DNA of 64,000 nucleotides, from assembly GCF_006345805.1 (NCBI RefSeq), contig NC_043008.1, forward strand, positions 23,808,001 to 23,872,000, read 5' to 3'. Source of the stretch: Octopus sinensis (Eukaryota). Shown one piece after another: positions 1 to 14,300 of this stretch (position 1 is the stretch's first letter; every line of letters begins with the position of its first letter). Under the pieces are notes generated by a model that saw only the letters and a list, made by a program, of their open reading frames with translations, had not been told where the DNA came from and searched no databases. The position numbers and the translations under genes were made by a program.

Positions 1-465
1 AGTGTTGGGCCTGGAGGAGAAAGTGATAGTCCTCCAGGCCGTGAGAGAGTACCGGCGAGAAACCCGATAGGGTAGCGCCTGGAAATGGTGATCCAAGCAG
101 CCCCAGGGACCGTGGACAATACTGTGGATACCATGAAGAAAGTTGAGGGTAATGGTGGCGAGCAGGAGGCCGAAGTGATTCAAGTGTGGCCAGATTGGCC
201 ACATAAGAGCCGAATACCTTCCCCTCCTGCAAAAGTACGAAAAGTAACCTCGGTGGAGAACGCACCTTGACTCGAGACGCCAAAGGTGGAAGAAGACTGA
301 GGCAAGGAACTGGGTGAACAGGTGGAAACAACAGAGAAATAGACGGAGACGACCAAAAGGAAAAACAGAAAGAAAAAGAGAAAGAACCTCACAGGTGATG
401 ATGATCCCCAACCCGATCTATCCCTACACCACTCTGCCCCATTCTCGGGCTGAGAATCTTCCAAG
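1..465 (+). mobile_element. Tx1/L1-like LINE ORF1 (gag-like) remnant, cut by the window start
   Basis: Reads VLGLEEKVIVLQ (1-40) and PK*FKCGQIGHIRAEY (~172-220), a decayed CCHC knuckle. These parallel IIFGLEEKIILQ and PRCFKFGQEGHIRA at 5300-5524. Confidence 0.6.
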
Positions 466-3400
466 GGAAGGTGTGCCAGAAGAAAGTAATTCAACAACGC
501 GGGTTGATAAACCATAAGACGTGTGGCCAGAACCCCCCTCCCCCCGAAAATAACCATAGCGAGGTTCCTTCCACAGTTGAATTGGAACAGTCAAAAAGAC
601 TGATAGGCGCGAAGAGGACAAAGGTTAAGTGGCCGAAAGCAAATGACGCAGCGAGTTATAAAAAATTTGACGACGAGGTAGCAAGAATGACCAAATTCAA
701 AGGCGACGACGAACAAAATCTCGAAAACCTGGCTAATACAATCTACCAGGAAGGAGAGAAAAGATTTGGACTGGAAACAACAGGGAAGGTAGAATCAACG
801 ACAAAGAGAGGACAATCGAGGAGAGAAAGACGGATAACAAAGATTCGAGAAGAGAAGAAAAAACTCAGAACGAAATGGAGGGATGCAAAGGAGAAGGAAA
901 GAGAAGGACTAAAGCAGCTATATGAAGAGATAAAAAAGAGGCATCGAGATCTGCTAAGAAAACAAAGAAGGAGGAGCAGAAGAAAGAAGAGAGAAAAAAA
1001 CTATCGTAGATTTGTGAACAATCCCTATCAATATGCGAAACATCTATTTACTGAAAGTAAAAGCGGAAAATTGGATTGCACGAAAGAAGAGCTCGAACAA
1101 CATCTGAAAGAGACATACAGCGACTCTGACAGAAATGAAGTACTCCCAGAAGTGCACGGACTGAAGAAATCACCTGACCCAAAAGTACCATTTGATTTGA
1201 GCGACATCAAATGGAAAGAAATGGATGAGTTCAAAAGGAAAGCAAGAGCAAAAAGTGCACCAGGGAACGATGAAGTGAGCTACAAGGTATACAAATATTG
1301 CCCGAAATTACGATTGCAGCTGTTTGCACTGATAAGAGAAATGTGGAAGAAGAAAGATGTAGCGGAGCGTTGGTGTATAGCCGAAGGTATCTATCTACCT
1401 AAAGAAAAAGAGGCAAAAACACTAGGCCAATTTAGACCGATTTCACTTCTATATGCAGACAGGAAAATCATGTTCGGAATAATTGCTAGACGAATCATAA
1501 GAATCGTACAGCATAACGGATACTTTAATGAAGCGATTCAAAAAGCAGGAATCCCCGGAATCCCTGGGTGCATAGAACACGCATTTTCCATCTGGGAAGC
1601 CATCACTTGTGCAAAACAAATGAAGAAAAACCTGTATATTGTTTGACTAGATCTTGCCAATGATTATGGATCTGTTCCGCACGCAATAATATAAACAGCG
1701 ATGGACTTCTTTTGGATTCCAAAAGATGTTCAACGAATGCTCATGTCGTACTACGACAACCTGAGGATGAGATTTACAGCAGGAAAGTTCACAACGGTGT
1801 GGCAACGGCTTGAAATAGGTATTGCAGCCGGATGCACTATATCAGTCATCTTATTCGTGCTAGTCATGGAAATGCTACTCAGATCTACAAACTGTGAGAA
1901 AGCTGTTACAAAGACACCATTAAGGGCTTTTATGGACGACGTAACTATATTATCGGAAAGTAGAGAAGCAGCAGAGGGAACGTTAGAGCGGTTGAACGAA
2001 CTGATAGGATGGGCAAGGATGAAATTCAAAGCCAAAAAATCTCGAAGCGTGGCTTTCGTGAAAGGAAGGCAAGAAGAAGTGAAATTCAGGATAGGAAGTG
2101 AAGACATACCAACGGTGAAAGAACAACCAGTAAAGAGTCTCGGCAGATGGTATAGAGATTTATTAAATGATAAGAAGCAAGGGAAAGAAACACACGAGTT
2201 AGTAAAACAAGGATTAAAGGCAATTGACAGAACAACGCTGCCAGGAAAATACAAATGTTGGATACTGCAATTTGGGCTGTACCCAAGAATAATGTGGCCA
2301 TTGCAGATGTACGAAATAGCCTCGAGTAGAGTAGAAAGGATGGAGCAAAGATGCAGTGTGTTTATCAGAAAATGGCTTGGTCTGCCGAAACCACTGAATA
2401 CAACTGCACTATATGGAAAACCCGTGCTGCAACTACCAATAACATCAATCGCCGAAGAATATAAGGCAGGAAAGGCAAGGACAGTAATGATGCTAAGATA
2501 TTCAAAAGACCAAAGCATCCGGGAAAACCCTCTAAAGGTACGAACACGGAAGAAATGGAAGGTGGAAGAAGCAGTAAACAGGGCGATCGGAAAACTAAGG
2601 CACGCAGATATAGTCGGAGCGACGCAAGAAGCTAGAACCGGCCTAGGGTAGCAAAATTTCAGGCCATTTTGCAAGAGCAGTGTAAAAGAGATGAAAGAGG
2701 CAGTGGTATACGAAGTGAGAAAGGAGGAAGAAGAAAGGCGAAATGTACATTTGGTGCAATGCAGTCAACAGGGACAGTGCCTGAGATGGGAGGAATATGT
2801 GATCAACCGCAAAATATCATAGAAGGAACTTTGGGCTTGGGAACAAGCAAGAACATCCTTCCTGATCAAGTCTACCTTCGACGTTCTACCCTCACCAGCG
2901 TACTTAGTCCGGTGGAACATAAAAACAACCGATGAATGTAGTTGTGGAGAGAAAGCGACGGTTAGACATGTTCTGTCAGGTTGCAGACTAGCACTTGAAA
3001 GATATACATGGCGGCATAATCAAGTCCTCGCCGTCATAAGCGCAGCACTCAAGAAGATCGAGAGGTACAATAGGGAAGAGTACCCAAAAGTAGAAAAGCG
3101 CAGGAAAGTATACTTCCACAAGGAGGGAAAAGGTTATAAAACCAGGCCTACAAGTAAAGTATACGAGATAGACGACAGATGGAAGGGATACTGGGAGGTG
3201 GCCACGGACTTGGAAAGACAAGCAATATTCTCACTAATAAAAACAACAAAAAGACCGGATTTAGTTCTATGGAACAGAGACCGGAGAATGGGAATTTTAC
3301 TAGAACTAACAGTACCTTGGGAAGAGAACATCGGCAATGCAGAGGAACGAAAGGAGAAGAGGTATGAAGAACTAATCGAAGAATGCAGAGAACAGGGATG

Positions 3401-4000
3401 GAATGTCGAATATTATCACTTGGAAGTTGGGGTTAGAGGCTTCATTGAAAAGAAAATGACAACGCTTTTCAAAAGAAGATTTGTTTTTTTCTAGCCCCGA
3501 GCTGCGTAAACTAATAGGGAGAGTACAGGAGGCGGTCGAAAAAGCCAGCTTCTATATATGGCTGAAGCGGTAAGACCGAAAATGACTTGAAAGTCATAAA
3601 CAGGCCGACGGGAAATAACATCATTAGGTGAGACAAGCTGACTGAATCAGCTTCGCTGACTGACAGGTGACGGTCGTTTAGAAAAAGCGCGGGCTAAAAC
3701 TACGTGCCTTCACTAGTCAGTTAAGGTGAGACAGTGTCATATGACAACTTGCTGGGGCTGCCTGCTGGAGCCTATGTGGCAGGTATTTAAAGGGAAAAAA
3801 TTGACAAGACAGTCAGTCACCGGCTGACGCTCGCTGACGATACATCGAAGAGGCCAGGGAACAGAAGAAAGAAGAAGAAAGAAGACATGCACCCAACACC
3901 AGAGCTGAAGACCCCTCCGAAAGGGGGGGGGGCACCACGTCAAAACGGTAGAGGAGTAGGGGCCGAAACCGGACGTGGTTACTCCTGATGATGCCTTGAG
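466..4000 (+). mobile_element. HERO-like (R2 superfamily, RLE) non-LTR retrotransposon, near full length, pseudogenised
   Basis: N-terminal CxxKxxxxRGLxxHxxC remnant, then RT motifs FRPISLL, *LDLANDYGSVPH, IAAGCTISVILF and FMDD (ORFs 471-1646 and 1701-2651 in one frame). C-terminal CSCGEKATVRHVLSGC...RYTWRHNQV (~2935-3030) and RLE KRPDLVLW...LLELTVPWEE...EVGVRGF (3198-3494). Coding ends WLKR* at ~3570. The 3' boundary is approximate. Confidence 0.85.
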
Positions 4001-4729
4001 CTAACTGGATCCTATAAAGGAGCTGTTGTGGTAGCAGACCACGAAACACGGTTGTAATTTCTCAGATGATGATGGAGTTAGCCAATGCAAAGGACGTTGC
4101 TGAGGTGGAGTTGTATTACCAATACCCCGGAGCGAGAGGTTCGATTATTGGTGAGGAACTATTTAATAGACTACAAGAGAAGTATGAGACCGATTTTAAA
4201 AGAAAAACTGTGGCAATTGTTAAACAAGTGTGTACAACTGGAATGAATTTAAGTGAAATTTTATGTATAAAAGGCTTGTATAAAAAAAGAATATAAAAAC
4301 TGTTGTTAATGTGTAAAATAAATGTGTAAAACAGAAAAAAGACTCAGCGGGGTCGTTCGGGATATGGGTTTCGGACGGCTGCTATTCCATCCTTTCATGT
4401 AATTTCTTTTCATTTTTCATTCGTTTTGTCTTTGTTCCTTAGATATGTGTTTGTCTGTCCTTGTGCTGACCCTTCTATATCTAGTCCCTTGTGGACAATA
4501 AAGAATTCATTCGAAATTTGTCTCATTCGCCTGCAGATCTTTTTGTGCTGTATTAGTTCATTTTTGGTAAAGCATCGTTTGTTATTATTGTTCATTTTAC
4601 TGTTGAACTCTTTTTTGTTATCTTGTTGCTAAAAGCTTTGTTTTTCTGCGTTGTCACCGAACTGTTAACGTTTTCTCCCTTGCTCGAGGGGGGGGGGATA
4701 TTTAAATTTTACAAAAAAAAATGAGGAAC

Positions 4730-7335
4730 AAATGCAATTTTTTTATACAAGTTCGACGGATATTGACTCCTCTGAGGAGGGATTATCACCATACGCAATG
4801 AAACTTGATAATATAATTACTACTGAAAAAGACAATAACAATAACGAACCAAACAAAGTTAACAATTTTGCGGCGGTAACCAGTGTCACCAAGAAAGATA
4901 TGGTAATCGAAAGAAAAGAACTCGATAAATTTAAAGGCTAATTACAAAAGAAGGGACATGAAATCAAACTGACTTCTAGTGAATTGACTAATATAACATC
5001 CAGGAGAACGGTGATATTTAAAACGGTGTCCATTAAAGATAAAAGACCAGACATGGCGCAGAAGGAGCAGATGGAAAGTCCCTGAGGCCCATCTGGCAAG
5101 ATATTTTATACCTTGCCAAGGACAAATGATTTACGGCAGTGGAGATGCGGTTCAAATCGAAGGAATTAGCCAGGCAGCATTCCACAACCACTATGAAATC
5201 GAGGTGGTCTTCATACCAACATACCTTGGAAGACGTACTTACAAGGTGAAGGTAGGAGAAATTCCACCAGAGGTCGACATTGCCTGGCTCATGGCTGAAA
5301 TTATTTTTGGCTTGGAGGAGAAAATAATCCTCCAAACCACCAACATTAAACAACAAAACTGGCCGAGGAAGGGATTAGAGATGCTAATCCAGGCTGCCCC
5401 TCTGGACCTCGAGGAAATTGTGGACACCTTATTGGTGGGAGAGGATAAGAAATTAAGAGTTATAGTGGAAGGCAGAAATCCCCGATGCTTCAAGTTTGGC
5501 CAAGAGGGCCACATAAGAGCATAGTACCCTCCACCAAAAGCACCAGAGCTACCAGCAGTCGTGAAAGCTGCCGCACCTTTACGTCCTGCGACGCCAGCTG
5601 CAGAGAAAAGGAAAAATACAGAGAAACCCAGTAAAATAAAGAGAAAGGAAGCCATTACTGAGAAATCGTCGGACATTGATTGGACTGTAGTATCCAAAAA
5701 CAAGAAAAGAGGAAAATGCCCGTCCTACCACCATAGTCACTAGTTCCCACCCAACCCATACATACACTAATCCCCACCCTGTCTCTACAGATATCAACCC
5801 CCTCCATTGCCCATCTGACACTAATCCCATCCCTGCTTCTACAGAAAAGAACACACACCCAAGCACACAAGATATCAAAAATCCCCAACCCCTCCCCGCA
5901 AAACATTCAATGCCAAAAACTCAGAACTAGATGGAGTCAACTTTATTCCCACCACTCGAGCCTCCTCCAATCTATGACATTCCAAAGAACACTAAATTTA
6001 GTGTTTATGTTTTCCCTTAATGTAGGCTGTATAAATGCACGCGGTCTGGGACCGGTCAGGAAGCAATGTCGCCTCCGTGACGATCTCAGGTCTCATTGGT
6101 TGGATCTTGTAATTACAGAAACCAGACTGAGCGGATCGCAGGCATTCTCACCCTTCCTAAACGACTACAAGATATGCATTTCTCCATGTCAGCTTGGAGG
6201 TGAGGGCGTCGTTGTACCTTCGAGAGGGTTAATAGGATACTTGAAGTAGAAAATCTTTATTGACCCGGAGAGCAAGCTGGTCATCTTGGATGTGATGAAC
6301 GGCAGTGGTAAGACCTTCAGGTTGGTTACTATCTATGTCCTTTATAGAGCTGGGTTGTCAGATTTTTTTCGAATCCTAGATAACTTTCTAGGAACGCCAC
6401 ACACTTTAGTGCTGTTAGGAGACTTTAACACAATTTGTAATGCACGCGTAGATTGTGTTGGCTCAAATCCAGAGAGGTGGGGTAACTCATACCTCAACGA
6501 TCTGCTCAGTCATTTTACAGCTGGCAGATCGATACAGACTAGAATTCCGAGATACTCCAGTGTGAACATGGTCTAATAGCGAAGGATCTTCTAGATCTTA
6601 CTCAGGATTATTGTTTGGTTTTTAGGCTTGACTTAGATAGAGTATGTAGTCAAAGACCCGGCTACTGGAAACTCAATACGTAACTCTTGACTTGTGAGGA
6701 GTGCAGGAGTCGGATTAGGCAATTAGTAATGAGCGCAATTACAGGAACCATTATAAATGACAAATGGTGGTGTACCCTCAAAAGTGTCATCAAGGGTTAG
6801 TCTGTTAGGTTTAGTAAAGAGATAGGATTTAAGAAGAATAAAATAGAAAGGGAACTAGTTAAGGCTCTAGAAGAGACACTGAGAACTGGCTGTGTGTCCC
6901 AAGTTTTAGCCGCGAGATTGGCGCTCAACCAACACCTCGAGGTTAAACTCGAGGGATGCATTGTCAGGGCTAAGTTCTGTGCAATGGGATGAGAGGGAAT
7001 CAACGCTGTCGGATGGGCCCGTGTGATAGAGACCCAGCGTGGCATTGATGTCACAATAAGGTCTTTGAACGTTCAGTAAACGAACCCGAGGAGATGTGTA
7101 AGGTTTTTCAAGAGCATTTCGCTCAGCTGGTGGATCGGAGCATAGGGAGGACATCACAGACTTCTCACTGGGTTGCCGTGTCTCTTGCGACGGGAAGCGG
7201 AATGTTGTGAAGAACCGATCAAAGCTGTGAAAGTGGAGAAAGCTTTGTTGGACTACGGCGAGGACAACTCGCTGTGACTAGATGGTCTACCCTACATGCT
7301 ATATTATAGTATGCCGGACTTGTGTGGGCACCTAC
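4730..7335 (+). mobile_element. Tx1/L1-like LINE, decayed ORF1 plus APE-endonuclease half of ORF2, truncated before RT
   Basis: ORF1 knuckle PRCFKFGQEGHIRA (5480-5524). ORF2 start SLNVGCINARGL, ITETRL, LVLLGDFN, PGYWKLN (~6660) and DGLPY (~7282), with many stops and frameshifts. Confidence 0.8.
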
Positions 7336-7476
7336 TAGTATGCGTCGGAAGGATAAGCCCAAGGAGAAAGAAATAAGAACTCATAGTATAGTAGAAGGAT
7401 TCCAATGAAGGATCCAGGTTAGAAACCGGCTATTTCTCTATTGGCAAGAAATCTTGAAATAAAACTCAATAAATAT

Positions 7477-7606
7477 ATACATAAATACATACATACACAT
7501 ACATACATACACATACATACATACATACATACATACATACATACATACATACATACATACATACATACATACATACATACATACATACATACATGCATAC
7601 ATACAT
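7477..7606. repeat. (TACA)n microsatellite
   Basis: Direct reading of the sequence. Confidence 0.95.
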
Positions 7607-7614
7607 AACATCCA

Positions 7615-9200
7615 TGGACGCTGAGCTAGTTATACTAGATTGACTGACGGTTTCTTATCCCTAAGAAAAGCGACCCATGTGGCCAAAACTACAGGCCCAT
7701 AGCATGCTTTAATGTTATGTACAAACTGAACCCAGGTTGTCTGAATATGTTTCTCGAAGACCACTGCCAAACAAATGGTGTGATAACTGATGAACAGACA
7801 GAAGGTAAGTCTGTGTTGAACAGCTCCTCCTCAATAATGCTATCCTAAATGAAGCCGAGTAACATCAGCGTAATCTCTAAACAATATAGCTAGACTACAA
7901 GAAGGCGTTCGACTCTGTGCCTCATTCATAAGTGATAGTTTATCTGTAATGTTTTTTATACTGGCGGTGAACCCCTTGTCAGCTCTGTTAACGTAATGCC
8001 ATAGCTACATGCTGGAATATGCAGAAAAGAATAAAATTACTGTTACTCGCACATTCTTTGCTGATGAACTTAAGTTATATTCTGGTAATATGCTCAACAT
8101 CAAGAGACAATTAGAACTAGTCATAACATTCTCACGTGTCTTAAAAATGGGATTTGGGCAAGATAAATGCTCAGACATAATGGTTAACCAGGAAAAGCTG
8201 TCAACTAGATAAAGAACTTTTGCATCAGTGGCCTTTTCTATCTCGCCTATCTGTAATGATGAAAATTATTAATATCTCAGAATGTATGAGATTGCTGCAT
8301 ATGTTGGTGCTGTGACTAACGCCAGAATAACAAAAGAGTACTTTTGTAGGCTCCGGAAATATGGAACTCAGAACTGCCTGCATTTAACAGGACCATATTT
8401 CACAATGCCGTGCCAGTACCAACAGTTGGGATATTGAAGTGGACACTCAACGAGATACGTAGTCGGGACATCAAAATCAGAAAGGTACTGACCACCACTG
8501 GCAACTTCCACATTAAAAGTAACATCGATAGGATTTATGTGAGACGAAGTGATGGTGACAGGGGCATAAGGCCAGTTCAGACAGGCTTTAAATATCGCAT
8601 TGTATGACTCAGACAACACAATAAGGAAATAAATGGGTACATTTCATGCATACTCAAAAGTGAGAGCAAATTATAGAGTCGGAGGTACTCTGAGAATACA
8701 ACTCTCTCATAAGACCCAAAGGAGGCTGGACTGACCTATCTAGACAGAAGCTTGGAGGAGAAGCAGGCATCATACCTGCAAAAAGCAATGCATGGGTACA
8801 TATCACGTAAGCTGGCGGGTAACAACATTGACTGGAAGAGTAGCATCTCCTGGACCTGTGAGAGATACATTACATGCCACCCAGAAGGTTGTGCCTTCGC
8901 TATCCAGGAACAGGAGATAGCTACTAAATACATGATATACAAGGGGGAAAAAGATACCACCAACCTCAACGTTGTGATAAAAAATGTCAACTTTGCTATA
9001 CCAGTGTGGAAGATATCACTTGAATCATCAGTAGCTACCCCAAAATGCCTACAAGATACTACCTACCCTTGGGGCATAATATAGTTGCAGTTGTAGCGGA
9101 TGTGAGTGTACAATCAAAAGTCCAAGAAAAAGAGAACATTTATGACAATAGAATGTGGAACTTACAGCGCTTGTACCTTATGTATAAATTGTCATTCGTG
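7615..9200 (+). mobile_element. R4/Dong-like RLE non-LTR retrotransposon, heavily decayed RT to C-terminal part
   Basis: NYRPIACFNVMYKL (~7690), FADELKLYS, FGQDKC, AVPVPTVGILKWT...GNFHIKSNIDRIYVRRSDGDRGI, and FAIQEQEIATKY. Confidence 0.75.
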
Positions 9201-9469
9201 TACCATCATACCTTATGGGCCAGCAAATTTTAGAAATATTAAATTTTTCAAAGAAAGAGCAAAAGAAACTGACGTAGATTTTTCTCCTTGGGAGATTCAT
9301 TCGGTGAATTGACGCACACACTTGGATGCGTGCATCGACTGCTCAACTAACGCACCAATTCAAACACACATTTACAAACACCGAGAACTCTCTTAACGCA
9401 AAATGTTTTATCGGTTTGTTGGTGACCGGTTAGGACTCTCTTAAAAACTTAAATAAAGCTCGAACAGTA

Positions 9470-9470
9470 T

Positions 9471-9557
<87 letters not shown>

Positions 9558-9576
9558 ATATGTATATGTATTTATA

Positions 9577-9611
<35 letters not shown>

Positions 9612-9767
9612 AGAGGAACAGAATGAGGGAGAGAGGAAGAGAGTGAGGGAGAGAGGCTCATACACAAAAAGTTATCGGTTTCCTAACAGTGTATTTCAAA
9701 ATGTAAGAGTATGTATGTGTGTATCTCTCCATTTCAATGTATGAGTGAATGTTTGCACGTAGGTGGC

Positions 9768-9803
<36 letters not shown>

Positions 9804-9912
9804 CACTCTCTCTCTCTCTGGCACTCTCTCTCTCTCTCTGGCACTCTCTCTCTCTTTCTTTCCTCTCTCTCCCTCTTTCTCTAGTTCTCCCTCTCTCTCC
9901 CCTTTCTCTCTC

Positions 9913-9955
<43 letters not shown>
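9470..9955. repeat. Compound microsatellite block (CA, TA, GA, CT with CTGGCA interruptions)
   Basis: Direct reading. This block explains the low-complexity ORFs in the track. Confidence 0.9.
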
Positions 9956-9958
<3 letters not shown>

Positions 9959-10987
9959 TTGCAAATTTATTTGCTTTAACGGGCAAAGATTAATGGCCCA
10001 CCATTGTCCAAACAGTTATTAACATTCATGCATATAAATATATATGTTCATAACTTTTGTATGAAGATTCAACTAAATATTAATTTACTGGATCGCAGTA
10101 TAGTATTTCATTAAATTTGAAAGCTGATTTGAAATCCTGATTTGAAATATGAGTTTGCGTATTCCCCATCCTACAGTGAATGACGCTAATTATCAATCAT
10201 TGATTCATGTCTTCATCCACTATAAATATTGTTTCTGTTTTATCTCACTTGTCTAACATAAGTGTTAATTGATGTTTTCAAGTTATGGCATCCTCAGAAT
10301 CATTTCTATTGTCGTGGAAGTCAGTTTTACAGTTGGTGTAAACCTCTTGAGATATCGCCTTGTTGGTACTAAGGTTTTAGAAAAACAAACATAAATTTTG
10401 AGCTACAATACTAGTATGTAGATTTTCTGTTAATTTTATAAGTATTATGTTCACCAACCCCAAGGAGTAAGTTTGATACTTGGGGAGATCAAACAAGATA
10501 TTTCAAGCGATGGTTAAATTACATAACTCAGTTCCTTGTGTGTGTGTGTGTGCGCGCGCGCGCGCACACGACGTGTTTCTTGACCGAAAGTTGTTATAAG
10601 GCAAAATTCGTTAGATCCTACAAACTTTTCGCTTGCATTGTTATGGATTCTTCTCAAAGAACCCACAAATATTCTTTCATACACATTCTTTTATACCTGC
10701 TAAATAGGTTCAGTTCTGATAAACTAGATTTTGTCACAATTTTATACAGATTTATACTGACGGTCTGTTGCGAAAACAGCAATTAAGTTGTTTGGCAAAT
10801 ATTCCTTCGACACACTACAAATAGATTCACAATTGCAATGATTTATCGCTCTACACCTTAGACAGTTAATTAAGAATTTATACTGAAGAACGGAATCCAA
10901 GGAAACTGACACCTATACACACTAAGGAAATTTACTGTATGAGAATTCGTAGGAAACAAGGTGTTATAAGGTGTTTACTCTTCTTTC

Positions 10988-11051
<64 letters not shown>

Positions 11052-11351
11052 AACAGAGACAGAAACAGAGACAGAGAGACATAGAGAGAGGTGGGTAGAA
11101 AGTGCGAGAGACACGGAAAGAGGGACGGATAAAGATGCAATAAAGTAAATGAGTACTGCGAAATTTGAACAATGGATGATATAGCAAATAGCAAAAGAGA
11201 AGAGATATAGAAGAGCCAAAGTATATTTTTAAAATGCATGCTAAGAAATATATGAACAGAAGGACAGAACAAAGAAGCTAGGTGACACATATAAACAGGT
11301 AAATAAACTCACTCTTACGTAGGTACATGCACATGCACACATAAACATATA

Positions 11352-14300
11352 CAGGGTGCGTAACATATCTGAGGACAGATTTATGTTTATAAAAAAAAGA
11401 TATATAATAACAAATAATAACTTTATGTACCAAAAAATGCTATGACGATAAAAATAAACCTTTTCTATAATACAGTTCTATATTTATATAGAACTGTATT
11501 ATATAATATACATATATTATCTATATTATCTATATTTATATAGAAGTGTATATATAATCGGTACGGAGCCGACATTAGACTTCAATGGAGACATTGAGAA
11601 ACTCCATCAAAAACTAGCTCGTCTTTCAAACCATCTAGCTTTCCTGTGTAGATGTAGAGACTCAAAGCTAATACCACCTGGTTTGAATATAATGACACCA
11701 GTCGATTCACATAAAGCTAGAAGAGTAGCGGAAAGGGCAGGACGTGCCCTCGTGCGTGAGAGGATCCATTTCAGTCGTTGGAAAAAACATCAACTAAATA
11801 ACGAAATCAAAGAAAGGTTATCTTCATTACTTAGGAAATTAACCAGAAATGGTGATAGAAAGAGAATCCATCAAGATCTGGAAAAGTCGTGCATGAAAGA
11901 ATTTGAAATGGTGAAGACACGCCAGATTAAGAAGTTTCTGAAACTCAAAGGTTACAGAATGAAGACAGAAATCCGTTACTCACTTGTGAAAGCGGTAATT
12001 AATATAAGTAGCCGACACCTAGAAAGCTCTAAAGAAGCAGTACTGAACAAAAGTCTCAACTTTGCGACAACCATCAAGTGTATTCCATACTTGGACATAA
12101 TAGCCCCTATTGAAGAGATAGCCGTAAAGATACCAAAAGCTTAGGGAGATGAACTAAGGTGGAAGGTGAGACAGGTACTAGAAAAAGCAAAGCCTCCTAA
12201 AACGAAACATCACTTAGGAAGACAAGTTCGCTACAGAGTGACAAATCCATCATAATACTTCCAGCAGACAAGGGAAATGCTAAGGTGGTGATGAACAAGT
12301 CTGACTACTCTGAAAAGTTGCCAAGTCTTATACGTGATGGTAACTACAGCAAAGAAAAGAAAGACCCAACTCTGAAAATAGAGAGGTAGATCAAGAACAA
12401 GGATCACTTTACACCAATGAAGTACAGACAACTGACTTAACACCACAGTAAACTACTACACATGTACGGTCTCCCTAAGATTCACAAGGATGGTATTCCA
12501 TTAAGATCTATAGTGTGCTGTAGAGGTTCAGCATGTCATCCACTGAACCGCTTCTTAAACAGTCCATGAGCAGGAAGGTCAACATCGTACGTGAAGAATT
12601 CCACCCACTTCACAGAATTGATCAAGGATACTCCTATTGAATCCAGCCAGATGGTGGGTCTAAATGTAATAAGCCTGTTCACCAACGTCTCAAGTGATGA
12701 AGTACTATCAGTGATACAAGAAAAACTAGTGACAGTCACCCATCTAAAAGAACGCACTAGTATACCAATAAGAAACTTGATGGAAATGTTGACCTTCTGT
12801 GTAGAAAGTACCTACTTCTGTATGGACACTGATATATACCAACAAGAGGAGGGTTTAGCCATGGGTTCGCCATTATCACCGGTAATAGCCATGGAATATT
12901 TTGAGAATTTGACTTTAGGATCAACACCACTTAAAGCAACACTATGGCTACGATATGTTGATGACACCTTTATACTCTGGCTCCACTAGGAAGATGTCCA
13001 AGTGCCATTAGGTCACGTGAACTCAATAAAGCCATCCATACAGTTCGCAATGGCAAAGGAAAAAGACAATCAGCTGGCATTCCTGGACGTATTAATAACA
13101 CACACCAAGTATGAATTCTGGACATCCGTATACCGCAAGCCGACCTTTACTGGACAATACCTCAACTTCAATTCCCACCATCCATACAGTGTAAAGAGAG
13201 GGATTGCTCAGTGCCTAAAACTTCGTGCAAAGAATATAAGTAGCGACCGTGATACATAACACAAAGAAAAAATCAAGCTCAATAACGATCTGTTAAGTAA
13301 CAACTACCCCAAAAGTATACTATCCACTCCATTTATGGAGAAGAGAGAGGATGTGGTCAATAAACTGTCCACAGTCTGTCTACCCTATGTGAAAGCCCTC
13401 TCCGAAAAGATACAAAAGATATGTGGCTCATATGACATCAGGCCAGAATTCAAGAGTTATACAATACTTCACAAATATCTCCTTCGAGTAAAACAACCAA
13501 TAGAAGAGAATATGACCAAAGGCTGCGTTTACTCCATCCCATAGCTGTGGTAGGTTATACAAAGGCGAAACATGCTGCCCCCTCAAAATAAGGATAGACG
13601 AACATCGCAAAGCTGTGACACGAGGAGATATTGATAAATCGAGTAGAGCTGAACATGTGTGGAAAAATGGAAACCACCTCCCCCTGTAGGATGTATTTAA
13701 AATATTAGACAGAGAACACTACTGGAAAATACGAAAACTAAAAGAAGCAGCACATATGCTAGGACACAACGGCCTCCTAAGCAGACCGAGATCTAAATCA
13801 TCTACATGCTCGAATCAACTAGTCCTGGTTCATTTTGGACATTATACTGACTATGGCAGCTTTCATAGAATCTTTGGTGTTATGGGCGTGTTCATTGATC
13901 TCTCTCTCAACAACGCTCCACATGTAATAGTCCAATGGATTGATATCTGGGGAATTAGGAGGCCAAATGTTAGGGGTTATGTGATCATAAAAATTTTCAG
14001 TCATCTATTCCTATGTTACTAGAGCCATGTGAGATGGTGCAGAGTCTTACTGAAACACATATGGCCTTCTTCCATTGCATACACTGTCTATCCAGGGCTT
14101 AACAATTATTTCCATGACCTCAATGTAAGCGGCAGACTTAACTCTAAGGCCTTGTGGAAAGAATTAAGGAGGCATCACATGTCCTTCATTGTTGACAACC
14201 CCTAAAACCATGACAGTTGCAGGAAATTTAGTATACATAATACCTGGAACATCAGAAGGATCTGCACATATAACATCTGTCATTCCTTCTTTTAACTTTT

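Noticed and set aside
3961-4060. CTGATGA flanked by two GAAAC motifs in the HERO 3' region
   Set aside because: As type II there are only 4 nt for stem I and a U-C mismatch closes stem II. As type I with the second GAAAC, stem II does not pair. This is not a supportable hammerhead.
7401-7440. TCCAATGAAGGA...GAAAC motif, also at ~57560
   Set aside because: Both have CCAATGA rather than a valid core, and their stems are poor. They are probably repeat termini, with no evidence of a ribozyme.
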